Source: Minisyncoccota bacterium (GTDB taxonomy: Bacteria > Patescibacteriota > Minisyncoccia > Phycocordibacterales > UBA2100). Taken from it: a stretch of 64,000 nt of DNA. Numbering within the stretch: position 1 is the stretch's first letter; each line of letters starts with the position of its first letter. The stretch spans positions 23,954 to 87,953 of the forward strand of contig DASSSZ010000003.1 of NCBI GenBank assembly GCA_035708165.1. The letters are read 5' to 3'. Below the pieces are notes generated by a model. The model had not been told where the DNA came from. It saw only the letters and a list, made by a program, of their open reading frames with translations, and ran no database searches. Below are positions 55,591 through 63,768 of this stretch, one piece after another. Position numbers and translations under genes: made by a program.

Positions 55591-56268
55591 ATGAGTATCA
55601 TACGTTTTGCAGTGGGAACCCGAGATGATCTACGCTCTTCCGTATGGCGCTTATGGGCTAACAAGAACGACTTATATCTAGCAGCCCGTTCGCATGCAAT
55701 GATTTCAAAATTTAGTTTTCACGAGTCTGGGAAGTATCGATTCGCAGTGAATAGCGCGGTTGAACGAGAAAACGATGCGAGTGATCGGGCGTTGTATAAA
55801 TGGACACGCCCATCCGAATTCGCCCCCGGTTGGACTCGTTGTTTCGGAATACTCGTTCCACAAAGAGTTACTCGATCACCTTTCGGAATCAGCTTCGATG
55901 AGAATAAAGCAGTTGAGCTTGTTAGCCCCCCTGCCAAGGGTAAGAAGGTTATTTTCAACATCATCCTTTCCCACAAAGCGGCTAAGCCCGAGCATGTAAT
56001 CCGCGGCTCAGCTCACAAAATAAAGATTTTGGGGCGGATCGAGATGCTGCGAGAGATTGCATGGCTAGTCACTTTTGAGGATGATTTTGGTCCCACGGAG
56101 GAGGCAGTGATTCAGGACCATTTCGACAAGCTAAAAATCCATCTCAAACCAGGGAGCACTGGAGAAGGGATGCGGTACACCTTCCTTCATGCTATTGAAC
56201 AGGGCGAGACACCCTTTCTAATTGACATAGAGCTCGGCAGGGAAAATCTAGATATCTCCGCTGTCTAA
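55591..56268 (+). CDS. hypothetical protein (island orphan)
   Basis: 225-aa ORF with island codon usage. No recognised domain. Confidence 0.5.
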   Translation: MSIIRFAVGTRDDLRSSVWRLWANKNDLYLAARSHAMISKFSFHESGKYRFAVNSAVERENDASDRALYKWTRPSEFAPGWTRCFGILVPQRVTRSPFGISFDENKAVELVSPPAKGKKVIFNIILSHKAAKPEHVIRGSAHKIKILGRIEMLREIAWLVTFEDDFGPTEEAVIQDHFDKLKIHLKPGSTGEGMRYTFLHAIEQGETPFLIDIELGRENLDISAV

Positions 56269-56300
56269 GTGCCCGGGTCTGTCCGATCAAAAGTACTGAC

Positions 56301-56314
56301 TGCGGAGAGGGAGG
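56301..56314 (-). repeat. direct partial copy of tRNA-Ser 3' acceptor end (TGCGGAGAGGGAGG)
   Basis: Identical to 56485..56498, the 3' terminus of tRNA-Ser. Confidence 0.5.
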
Positions 56315-56410
56315 ATCCGTCCTGACGGTCACTAAGCTCGCTGCGCTCGCTAAGTGCCGCGGGACACGGCTCGCCGGCAAGCAGCCTCCCTACAGTCGGC
56401 TCTTGTATAC

Positions 56411-56434
56411 CGGCTCCGCCGTTCGAATCCCTCC
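56411..56434 (+). repeat. inverted partial copy of tRNA-Ser T-loop plus acceptor 3' strand
   Basis: GTTCGAATCCCTCCCTCTCTCGCA versus tRNA-Ser GTTCGAATCCCTCCCTCTCCGCA (one inserted T). Lacks 5' T-stem, so not a functional tRNA. Confidence 0.55.
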
Positions 56435-56486
56435 CTCTCTCGCAACATGCAACAAACCCGAAGCTTCGCTTCGAGTTTGGCAGTTG

Positions 56487-56573
56487 CGGAGAGGGAGGGA
56501 TTCGAACCCTCGAGACCGTTACCAGCCTGCCGCATTTCGAGTGCGGTGCCTTCGACCACTCAGCCACCTCTCC
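56487..56573 (-). tRNA. tRNA-Ser (anticodon CGA), type II long variable arm
   Basis: Reverse complement: acceptor GGAGAGG/CCTCTCC, anticodon arm CCGCA-CTCGAAA-TGCGG, long variable arm, T-arm GAGGG-TTCGAAT-CCCTC. Confidence 0.8.
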
Positions 56574-56672
56574 GTGGTATGTCGCCATCGGGGTCGAATC
56601 CGACGTGCCTCGTACGATACCATATTTATAAAAGTTTATAAAAGCCAGAAAATACGCTACTATTCGCACGGC

Positions 56673-56744
56673 GGCCCTATCGTCTAATGGTTAGGACAGC
56701 GCCCTTTCACGGCGTAAATCCGGGTTCGATTCCCGGTAGGGTCA
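56673..56744 (+). tRNA. tRNA-Glu (anticodon TTC)
   Basis: Acceptor GGCCCTA/TAGGGTC (one G-U), anticodon arm GCGCC-CTTTCAC-GGCGT, T-arm CCGGG-TTCGATT-CCCGG. Confidence 0.7.
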
Positions 56745-58129
56745 CAAGAAGCAACAAAACGGCTTTGCAGAGCTGCAAATCCTTTTTTGCACTTATAATC
56801 CAACGTATTTTCTGTCAGGGTGAGTTCGGAAAAAATCACACGAAGTATTTTGTCTTTCTCATGCGGTTCGGCCTCTGAGTAAACAACTGCGGCGTTTTTT
56901 AACAGTTCGGAAAGCAAAATTACATCTTTGATGGTTTCGCGCATCGCCACGTCCGAGGCGTTTTCATTATCTTTGAGTTGATTGAGTTCGTTTGTGAGCC
57001 GAGCTTCTTCTGCGACGTATCCTTCGGGTGTGTACACGCCAGTTTTCAGAAGCACGAGACGATTGCCGTTGAGATACGCCAGCTCCTCGCGGATTTGCTT
57101 CTTCTTGCGCTCGGCCGCATCGAGCTGACTCATACGCTTTGCCTCCAACAATGCAATGTCGGTATTCGCCCGCGCGTCAATTTCCGCAAGCTCCTCCTCG
57201 GTAAACGAAAGCTTGGTAATCAATTCCTCGGTCTTCGCTGTCAGGTAGTCGAAGTTGAAGCTCTTGAGCGAGTTGGTGCACTCGCGGGAGCAACGAGCGC
57301 CGTAGTACAAAATCCCTTTCTTTACATATGGAGTGTAGACGCGACCACAAACGGCACAGAAAGCGAATCCTCGCAGCGGATGCTCTAGCACCTCGATGTA
57401 GTGAACACTCTTGTTGCGCTTCGCAAGCCGCTCCTGCACACGATTGAAAAGCTCCTCGGGAATAATTGCCTCGTGGCTGGTGCTCGGTATCCACTCACGA
57501 TTCTCATCGAGTACCTTGCCTGTGTAATAGCGGTTCGTCAGGATTTTGTGGATGGTGTTGTACGTCGGTAGGCGGCTTATCGCTTCAATATCAACTCGTA
57601 CATCGTCTTCCTCCTCAAGCAACATCTCCTCTTTTGTTCGACGACGGCGCATCGGTGGCATAGTAAATCCCTGCTCGATAGCCCATCGCGCAAGGTCGTG
57701 CAGGCTCCATTCGCCAGTATCGGCAAGCTTCGCAAGCTGCAAAATAATAGAAGCGCGAACAGGGTCTTTAGGCTTCCAGTCCATATTGCCCTCGTTGAGG
57801 TAGCCAACAGGCGCTTTGTTAGTGGAGAGTCCGCGCGAACGGGCGTTTTGAATGGTAAGGGTGACTTTCTCGCGGGTCACGCGAGAGTGGTGCTCCGAGA
57901 ACATACCGTCTATGTCCATATGCAGTTCGCCAGAGCTGGTCTTGTCGTACTGTGCGAACGCGAAGCGGATATCCGCTCCCGACTTCATTAGTTTACGCAG
58001 AATAGTATCGTCGCCCTTGTTGCGGCTCGCTCTATCCCAGCAGAGAAATATCGCGCCCCTGAAGTAGCCCTTGCTTACAAACTCCGCGAGGCGATAAAAC
58101 TTTGGGCGCTCGACTCGGTACTGCACCAT
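56684..58129 (-). CDS. large serine recombinase, 5'-truncated (catalytic Ser-containing N-terminus absent)
   Basis: Matches distal resolvase catalytic domain (LCWDRASRNKGD, MFSEHHSRVTREKV, PVGYL), recombinase domain, zinc-ribbon (CAVCGRVY...CSRECT), coiled-coil. About 60 N-terminal aa including YxRVSTxxQ not encoded upstream in any frame. 3' end runs antisense through tRNA-Glu. Confidence 0.75.
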   Translation of the reverse strand: MVQYRVERPKFYRLAEFVSKGYFRGAIFLCWDRASRNKGDDTILRKLMKSGADIRFAFAQYDKTSSGELHMDIDGMFSEHHSRVTREKVTLTIQNARSRGLSTNKAPVGYLNEGNMDWKPKDPVRASIILQLAKLADTGEWSLHDLARWAIEQGFTMPPMRRRRTKEEMLLEEEDDVRVDIEAISRLPTYNTIHKILTNRYYTGKVLDENREWIPSTSHEAIIPEELFNRVQERLAKRNKSVHYIEVLEHPLRGFAFCAVCGRVYTPYVKKGILYYGARCSRECTNSLKSFNFDYLTAKTEELITKLSFTEEELAEIDARANTDIALLEAKRMSQLDAAERKKKQIREELAYLNGNRLVLLKTGVYTPEGYVAEEARLTNELNQLKDNENASDVAMRETIKDVILLSELLKNAAVVYSEAEPHEKDKILRVIFSELTLTENTLDYKCKKGFAALQSRFVASCDPTGNRTRIYAVKGRCPNH

Positions 58130-58197
58130 ACCTTCCTCGAAAGTGAGGGCAGTATCGGGTTATTTCAATTGTCCGCTCGGGGCTGTAAAGTTGAGCG

Positions 58198-59121
58198 ATG
58201 GCACGCCCGCTCGGTAGCATTTCCACAAACATCGAACCAAAGAGACTCAAGCGGCTTCTGGCTCTTGAAAAAGAAAGGCGCGGTGTAGCAGAGGATAAGC
58301 TAGTATTCGTGGGCATAGCGAATCTCGCCAGCTATTACTGGTGCGCCATGCACTCGGTTCTAAAAAGTAGAGCGGATGAGGCGATGTTTTTCGGCGCGTA
58401 TCTCGCAGACCGCATCCGCTACAGCAAGGAGCTTGGCCTGATTCGGTCGCTGCCAAGGACGGACGCGGAGCTGCTACGTGTCGGCGAAGAAATAACTTTC
58501 GAGGATGTTGAGAAGTTGCTCGCAAAAAGGCCTGTCGCGTCTAGCGACGTCAGTCTGGACGCGTACAGTTTCGGTGACAGCAACGGAGGGATGCAGATGG
58601 TGATAAATCCGAACGTCTCTGCCGAACGCAGAAAGTCGCTGGAGAGCGATGCGCGACGCAATAAATTGAAGATTACCGACCTGGAGAAAGTGCCCATCGT
58701 CCGCGGCAACATGATGCACTGGAATAATCCCGAGAAGTACCGCTCTATACGCTGGAACTTCCAAGCAGGTGTGTATGTCATCGTCGGCGTACCTGATGGC
58801 ATAACGGACGATAGCGTATATGAGTACAAAACAACCAAAAGCGACTTCCTCGCGGGATTCGTGAAGCCAGTCGCTTTCGCACAAGCAGACCTGTACGGGC
58901 ACTTCTTCAGACGGTCAAAAAAACGTGTGCAGATACAGGTCATCGAAACGAGCAAAACCCAAACGTGGGAAGAACCGATAGACGAGACGCGGGTAGGAAC
59001 GTTGGTACACGACTTTGCACAGGTGGATGCAGGAAAGCTTTTCCCGCACCCTCCGAAAAGCTGGAAATGCGCCAGGTGCGAGATATGCGGCTTCGGAAAA
59101 CTCTGTCAAAAACAACAATGA
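58198..59121 (+). CDS. Cas4-like PD-(D/E)XK nuclease with 4Fe-4S Cys cluster (DUF83/RecB-nuclease family)
   Basis: N-terminal Cys (YYWCAMH), motif II D (VPDGITDD), motif III EYK (VYEYKTTK), QxxxY (QADLYGHFF), C-terminal CARCEICGFGKLC. Confidence 0.65.
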   Translation: MARPLGSISTNIEPKRLKRLLALEKERRGVAEDKLVFVGIANLASYYWCAMHSVLKSRADEAMFFGAYLADRIRYSKELGLIRSLPRTDAELLRVGEEITFEDVEKLLAKRPVASSDVSLDAYSFGDSNGGMQMVINPNVSAERRKSLESDARRNKLKITDLEKVPIVRGNMMHWNNPEKYRSIRWNFQAGVYVIVGVPDGITDDSVYEYKTTKSDFLAGFVKPVAFAQADLYGHFFRRSKKRVQIQVIETSKTQTWEEPIDETRVGTLVHDFAQVDAGKLFPHPPKSWKCARCEICGFGKLCQKQQ

Positions 59122-59732
59122 GCAAGATAAAATCCCATCTCACCATCGGCAACAAGTTCCTCGGCTCGCTTCTGTACTTCAAGGATGCGAATGGGCGGGG
59201 TCATCTCAAACTGTCGTTCAAAAACAAAATTGCGGGCTTCAACAAGGGCACGGACGTGCCGACCACGTTGCCTGTGCCCGTACAGTCGCCCGACCCCGTA
59301 AGCTTGGATGTTTCCTACAAGTTTCCCGATAGCTTGCTGGAGGTGAAGAAAGTTGCGGGCGGCAAAACCGAGCGCGAGTTCTATAACGTGCCACTACCTG
59401 TCTCCAATCTTTTATTTATGATTCGCATCAAGGACTGGCATCTCCTCGACGATGACCAACCTGCGCCAAATCCGCTGGTGCTCGCGCCTCCCGATGGGAG
59501 CAAGAGCGTCGCGGTCATCTTTTCGTTTCTCGGTGCAAATGGGCTGCCATTCGTACCTACTGGATACGTCTGCCCGCAAGGGATGGGTACGATATCTGTC
59601 CCCGAAAGTCCGCTCAATACTTTTTGCATCGGCATTGCGGCTGACCCCTCGAACCAGAGCGCCAACGGCTTCCAAGTGCAAATCCCGTTTCCTAAAGCAG
59701 AACAAGACGGGTTTTTAGGTTTGAAGCAATAA
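59118..59732 (+). CDS. hypothetical protein, translationally coupled to Cas4-like gene
   Basis: ATG 59118 overlaps the upstream stop (ATGA). 204 aa. No domain recognised. Confidence 0.55.
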   Translation: MSKIKSHLTIGNKFLGSLLYFKDANGRGHLKLSFKNKIAGFNKGTDVPTTLPVPVQSPDPVSLDVSYKFPDSLLEVKKVAGGKTEREFYNVPLPVSNLLFMIRIKDWHLLDDDQPAPNPLVLAPPDGSKSVAVIFSFLGANGLPFVPTGYVCPQGMGTISVPESPLNTFCIGIAADPSNQSANGFQVQIPFPKAEQDGFLGLKQ

Positions 59733-59750
59733 AGAATCTATAATAATTAT

Positions 59751-60209
59751 ATGGACGCATTTTTCATATTCTCGGCTCAATACTTCTTTGTCTTGTCATT
59801 GATTATTCTCGGTGCGTACTTCCTCACGCGAAAATGGCCTGCACAAAAACGGATGACGTTTTTTGCAGTGCCCGCAGGCCTGCTCGCCTATGTGCTCGGG
59901 CTGCTCGGCAATTACCTCTACTATGACCCGCGTCCCTTTGTTGCAGGACACTTCATGCCGCTCATCGCACACGCGGCCGATAACGGGTTCCCCTCCGACC
60001 ATACCTTGCTCGTTTCAACGCTCGCTGCGGTGGGCATGTACTGGAACAAATGGCTTGGAGTAATACTTTGGATTATTGCTGTTCTCGTCGCGTTTTCCCG
60101 CATATATGTCGGCCTGCATCATCCGATTGATGTCCTCGGAAGCATGGCGATTGCCCTAGTCGCGGTTTCTGCATGGCGTATAGCAATGAACTATGTTTGG
60201 AAAGCATAA
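59751..60209 (+). CDS. PAP2 family phosphatase
   Basis: Motifs KxxxxxxRP-like, PSDH, SRIYVGLHHPIDV. Confidence 0.8.
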   Translation: MDAFFIFSAQYFFVLSLIILGAYFLTRKWPAQKRMTFFAVPAGLLAYVLGLLGNYLYYDPRPFVAGHFMPLIAHAADNGFPSDHTLLVSTLAAVGMYWNKWLGVILWIIAVLVAFSRIYVGLHHPIDVLGSMAIALVAVSAWRIAMNYVWKA

Positions 60210-60864
60210 GTTTTTGAAGATTGCTTCCCTCGTTGCCGTCCTTCTTGCTTTGGGTGTAATCACTTTTTTTATACTGCTTCGGCCAGGCCCGCTTTTCTCT
60301 ACACTTCCTGCTACCACAACCGCCTCTTTCGGGCATACTGGCGACCCTATCAACATCGCCGTCGTGGGAGACAAGGGTACCATCGTGTCCGCGTTTCTCG
60401 CCGCCCATTGGCTCGTACCAGACCCGATTACTGCCTCAAGCACCGTGCGGATTGCAGAAACGAGCATCGCCAATTCCGCATACCCAACCGCTCCAGTAAG
60501 CAGCCTGTATCTATTCGGTAGAGCGCAGGATTTGGCATTTGAACTGCCCACCGACTCTGTACGACAGCGACACCACGTGCGGCTATGGCAAACTACAATA
60601 ACAATCTCTGGTAAGCCACTCTGGGTAGGTTCGGCAACGTACGATTCGGACATTGAGTTGAGCGGAACAACCGCCTTGCCGACACATCATATTTCTCCGA
60701 ACGTAGACAGTGAGCGCGACTTTGTGGCGCAATCATTTATGGACGCTGGACTCATGCAGAGCGAGACATCCAACCGCATCAGTTATCCGACGCTCTGGGG
60801 ATTCAATGGCGGCGGCGATTGGTATTTTGATGATGGACTCGTGCGTATGCTCGTATTGCGATAA
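60193..60864 (+). CDS. LssY C-terminal domain-like protein (usually fused to PAP2)
   Basis: N-terminal TM, INIAVVGDKGTIVSAFLAAHWLVPDP ... HHVRLWQT ... similar to LssY_C. Overlaps the PAP2 ORF by 17 nt in another frame. Confidence 0.55.
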   Translation: MFGKHKFLKIASLVAVLLALGVITFFILLRPGPLFSTLPATTTASFGHTGDPINIAVVGDKGTIVSAFLAAHWLVPDPITASSTVRIAETSIANSAYPTAPVSSLYLFGRAQDLAFELPTDSVRQRHHVRLWQTTITISGKPLWVGSATYDSDIELSGTTALPTHHISPNVDSERDFVAQSFMDAGLMQSETSNRISYPTLWGFNGGGDWYFDDGLVRMLVLR

Positions 60865-60873
60865 TGTGAAGTT

Positions 60874-61377
60874 ATGACCCTTGCGTCTCTCAAAAACTAC
60901 CTGCTTGAAGAAAAACACATGCACCTGTTCTTCGTGGTGAGTCTCTGGGCGAAGGGTCTATTCGCCCTGTCGGAAATAATCGGAGGCATCGCCGCGTTCT
61001 TCATAACCAAGCAGTTCCTCGTAGACATCGCACTATGGATTACCAAGCACGAGTTCGCTGAAGACCCGCACGATGTTATTGCCAACTATTTCCTACATTC
61101 GGTACAGAATCTATCAATCGGTGCACAGGACTTTGCGGCCATATATCTGCTTGGGCACGGCGTCATCAAGCTCTGGCTCATCATTGGACTTCTGCGGGAG
61201 CGGCTCTGGTACTATCCAACAGCCCTCGTCGTATTCGGACTTTTCATTGTCTACCAGCTTTACCGATATACATTCACTCACTCTATCTGGCTTTTGCTCA
61301 TCACGGTCATAGACCTCATTGTCATCGGCCTCACCTGGCACGAGTGGGGATACTTACGAAAGCACAGAATCCAATAG
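60874..61377 (+). CDS. hypothetical membrane protein (DUF2127-like)
   Basis: 167 aa, four TM. Last gene before the GC rise. Confidence 0.45.
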   Translation: MTLASLKNYLLEEKHMHLFFVVSLWAKGLFALSEIIGGIAAFFITKQFLVDIALWITKHEFAEDPHDVIANYFLHSVQNLSIGAQDFAAIYLLGHGVIKLWLIIGLLRERLWYYPTALVVFGLFIVYQLYRYTFTHSIWLLLITVIDLIVIGLTWHEWGYLRKHRIQ

Positions 61378-61500
61378 CTAGACGACCACCAGCTCTCGCA
61401 ACTCTTGGATGCTCAAGCCGATGGCGGCTCGGTATTGTCCGAGTTCGGAAAGCCACGTAAACTGGTCACAAACGGCTCGCTGTGCGTCCGCGCTGGGCAG

Positions 61501-62103
61501 CTAGGCCCCGACCGTTCCAGTCTGCACGCCGCCTGCACGCGTGTAGCTTGCGAAATAGACGCCGTTGGCAGCGACGTGATGCTCGCCGAGCGTGAAGGCT
61601 GCGGGGAGCGTGCCTTCCGCGAAAAGTCGCTTGCCGGTGCCGAGCGTGATCGGGAAGGTCATGAGCCTCAGCTCGTCCACCCAATCATGCTTGAAGAGCG
61701 TCTGCGCCAGATTGCCGCTGCCGATGCTGATGAGGTCGCCGCCATCGGATTCCTTCAGCTTCCGGATGTCGTCATCGCCTTTCAGGAACACCGAATGCTG
61801 CCAGTCAGATTCGGCAAGGGTCGTGCTCGCGCAGTATTTCGTGACGTCATTGATGCTCGGCTACGGATCCGCATGGCTCGACCAGAAAGCCGCGAAGATC
61901 TCGAACGTCTTCCTGCCGAGGAGGATGTCCGCAGGCTGCATCCACTTCTGCATCAGCGCATCGGCTTCCCGATCAGCGTCCGCGAAATACGGCGCGGTCC
62001 ATCTGCCGTATGCAAAGCCGCTCGATGCGTCTTCGTCCGGTCTGCCCGGCGCCTGCACGACGCCGTCGAGGGTGATGAACTCCTGGACGATCAGCCTTCT
62101 CAT
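61501..62103 (-). pseudogene. dihydrofolate reductase family protein (RibD_C-like), frameshifted
   Basis: N-terminal half (MRRLIVQEFITLDGVVQAPG ... ADILLGRKTFEIFAAFW) in ORF 61861..62103. C-terminal half (GDDDIRKLKESDGGDLISIGSGNLAQTLFKHDWVDELRLMTFPITLGTGKRLF) in ORF 61501..61791, different frame. Confidence 0.6.
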
Positions 62104-62183
62104 GACTAATCGTGCTCCCGGTGGCGGCGGTGTCTAGCCCGATCAGGTGCTATCGAGGGCTCGTCCGCGCTTCGATGATCGGA

Positions 62184-62483
62184 TCATGAACGCTTGCGCG
62201 CAAGGATCCCGCGCACGGAGCGGCTGATCGGCTTATCGGTGCGATGAATGCAGCCGATCCAGCAGCATGGCCGGCGCATGCCATCCTTGAGCTCGGAGAC
62301 GACGCGCCGCACATGATCCTTCCTGGTCTCGGCTTTCTTCACTGAGATCGTCCAGCAGATCCACTCATTGCGGGAAAGCGGCGTGAGGTCGTTCCAGAGG
62401 TCGCGCGCCGCGGCGTCCTTCATGAGCGCCGCGCGGAGGTCGGCGGGAATCGCATGCACGACACCGCTTCCGAGTGCTGCCAT
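62184..62483 (-). CDS. YdeI/OmpD-associated family protein
   Basis: DLRAALMKDAAARDLWNDLTPLSRNEWICWTISVKKAETRKDHVRRVVSEL signature. Confidence 0.65.
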   Translation of the reverse strand: MAALGSGVVHAIPADLRAALMKDAAARDLWNDLTPLSRNEWICWTISVKKAETRKDHVRRVVSELKDGMRRPCCWIGCIHRTDKPISRSVRGILARKRS

Positions 62484-62487
62484 GGCA

Positions 62488-62961
62488 TTACGCCGCGAGG
62501 TGCGCGGCGAGCTTATCGAACTGCTGGTTGAAGCCGTACTGCATGCCTTCGATCGCAGCGCCGGCCTTCGGGCCGATCGAGGTGACCGTGATGACGAGCG
62601 TCATCTTCGTCATGCCGCCTTCCTCGGCGAGCGTGAGGAGGGCTTCCTGCTCGATCATGGTCGCATCCTCATCGCCTTCGGTCCATGCCTTCGATGAATA
62701 GCCGAGCTTCTCGTTCGGCTCGATCGCCGTGTAGGTGGCGTCCATAGGCCAGCGCGTGCCGGCATACGGGCCCATCGCTTCGGTCGCTTCCATCACGATG
62801 TAGAAGCGGCCGCCGACGCGCAGATCCACCTCGCACTCGGGAATGCGGACATTATCCGGTCCCCACCAGCGCGCAAGCTCGCCAGGATCGGTCCATGCCT
62901 GCCAGATGCGCTCTGCGGGCGCTTCGTACGTGCGCTCGAATGTGACTTCTTTCGGTTCCAT
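62488..62961 (-). CDS. SRPBCC family protein (AHSA1/activator of Hsp90 ATPase homolog-like)
   Basis: FERTYEAPAERIWQAWTDPGELARWWGP motif. Start verified at 62959-62961. Confidence 0.8.
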   Translation of the reverse strand: MEPKEVTFERTYEAPAERIWQAWTDPGELARWWGPDNVRIPECEVDLRVGGRFYIVMEATEAMGPYAGTRWPMDATYTAIEPNEKLGYSSKAWTEGDEDATMIEQEALLTLAEEGGMTKMTLVITVTSIGPKAGAAIEGMQYGFNQQFDKLAAHLAA

Positions 62962-62992
62962 ACCCTTATGTTCCGTTAGTAGCCGTACCTGC

Positions 62993-63295
62993 TCATAACC
63001 GGACCTCGAGGCGATCGAGCCTGCGCTCCCACGCCCTGCGGCAGCTCGCGAGATACGTGTCCGCATCGGCGAGCGCCTCGGGGACGAGCGACACGAGCTG
63101 CTCCTTGCCATGCCTGGTCTTCGCGACCAGGCCCGCGCGGGCGAGTACCGAAACGTGCTTCGCTACATCCGCATACGAGAGCGGATAGGGAAGCGCGATC
63201 GCGCGGATGCTCAGGTCCTCGCGCCGCAGGCGCCGGATGATATCGCGGCGCGTCTCGTCGGCGAGCGAGCGGAAGACCGTATCCAGGTCCTGCAT
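62993..63295 (-). CDS. ArsR/SmtB-family transcriptional regulator
   Basis: LADETRRDIIRRL ... LSYADVAKHVSVLARAGLV HTH. Alternative start at 63307. Classic ArsR-AHSA1 pair. Confidence 0.8.
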   Translation of the reverse strand: MQDLDTVFRSLADETRRDIIRRLRREDLSIRAIALPYPLSYADVAKHVSVLARAGLVAKTRHGKEQLVSLVPEALADADTYLASCRRAWERRLDRLEVRL

Positions 63296-63371
63296 ACATT
63301 CTACCATATAGTTGAATGATATCCGATACCGCATGCATGCGCAAGCGATGCGGACGAGGTATGCTTGATGC

Positions 63372-63725
63372 ATGAGCACGCGCCTGGCAACGCTCGTGGC
63401 AGCCGTCCTCGGGATCGGGACCGGATTCCTCACGATCCATTCGCCCTTGGCGGCCCGTTGGGAGAGCATCTTCGTGTGGGGCGCGATCGGGCTCGTATAC
63501 GGTGCCTTGATCGCGCCTCTCGCGAAGCCTATATGGCCAGGCGCCGCATACGGCTTCTTCATGTCCATGGCATTCTTCATCGCCGGGTTCGCAGGAGCAC
63601 CGGATCGGTTCTTGGCATTCCTGCTGATCGCGCTCGCGTTCAGCATCGCGGGCGCGATCGGAGGGATCGTCGTCGTATGGCTCGGCAGCTGGCTGCGGCG
63701 GAAGCTCGCGAGGCCGAGTGCCTGA
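63372..63725 (+). CDS. hypothetical membrane protein
   Basis: 117 aa, four TM. Confidence 0.45.
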   Translation: MSTRLATLVAAVLGIGTGFLTIHSPLAARWESIFVWGAIGLVYGALIAPLAKPIWPGAAYGFFMSMAFFIAGFAGAPDRFLAFLLIALAFSIAGAIGGIVVVWLGSWLRRKLARPSA

Positions 63726-63768
63726 CCCTTCATGGTACCTTCTATACGCTAAGCGATACTTTGATCAT

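Larger units (their letters stand above)
55400..61380. mobile_element. low-GC genomic island around tRNA-Ser/tRNA-Glu carrying a truncated serine recombinase
   Basis: Sharp GC drop (about 45-50% versus about 68% flanking). tRNA genes, recombinase adjacent to tRNA-Glu, partial tRNA 3'-end repeats, orphan genes. Confidence 0.6.

Noticed and set aside
56301-56434. tRNA-like structure on plus strand formed by GCGGAGAGGGAGG ... CCTCCCTCTCTCGC with GTTCGAATCC T-loop
   Set aside because: Lacks the 5' half of a T-stem and any anticodon arm. Better explained as direct and inverted partial duplicates of the adjacent tRNA-Ser 3' end.
56574-56672. AT-rich spacer between tRNA-Ser and tRNA-Glu with TTTATAAAAG tandem copy
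   Set aside because: Probably divergent tRNA promoters. Too short and simple to call a distinct element.
61420-61450. Possible attR for tRNA-Glu-integrated island (GGTCACAA shared with tRNA-Glu 3' end)
   Set aside because: Only 8 bp of identity. Cannot be distinguished from chance without comparative data.
61405-62109. 234-aa plus-strand ORF
   Set aside because: Antisense to the two halves of the dfr-family pseudogene, which have clear homology.
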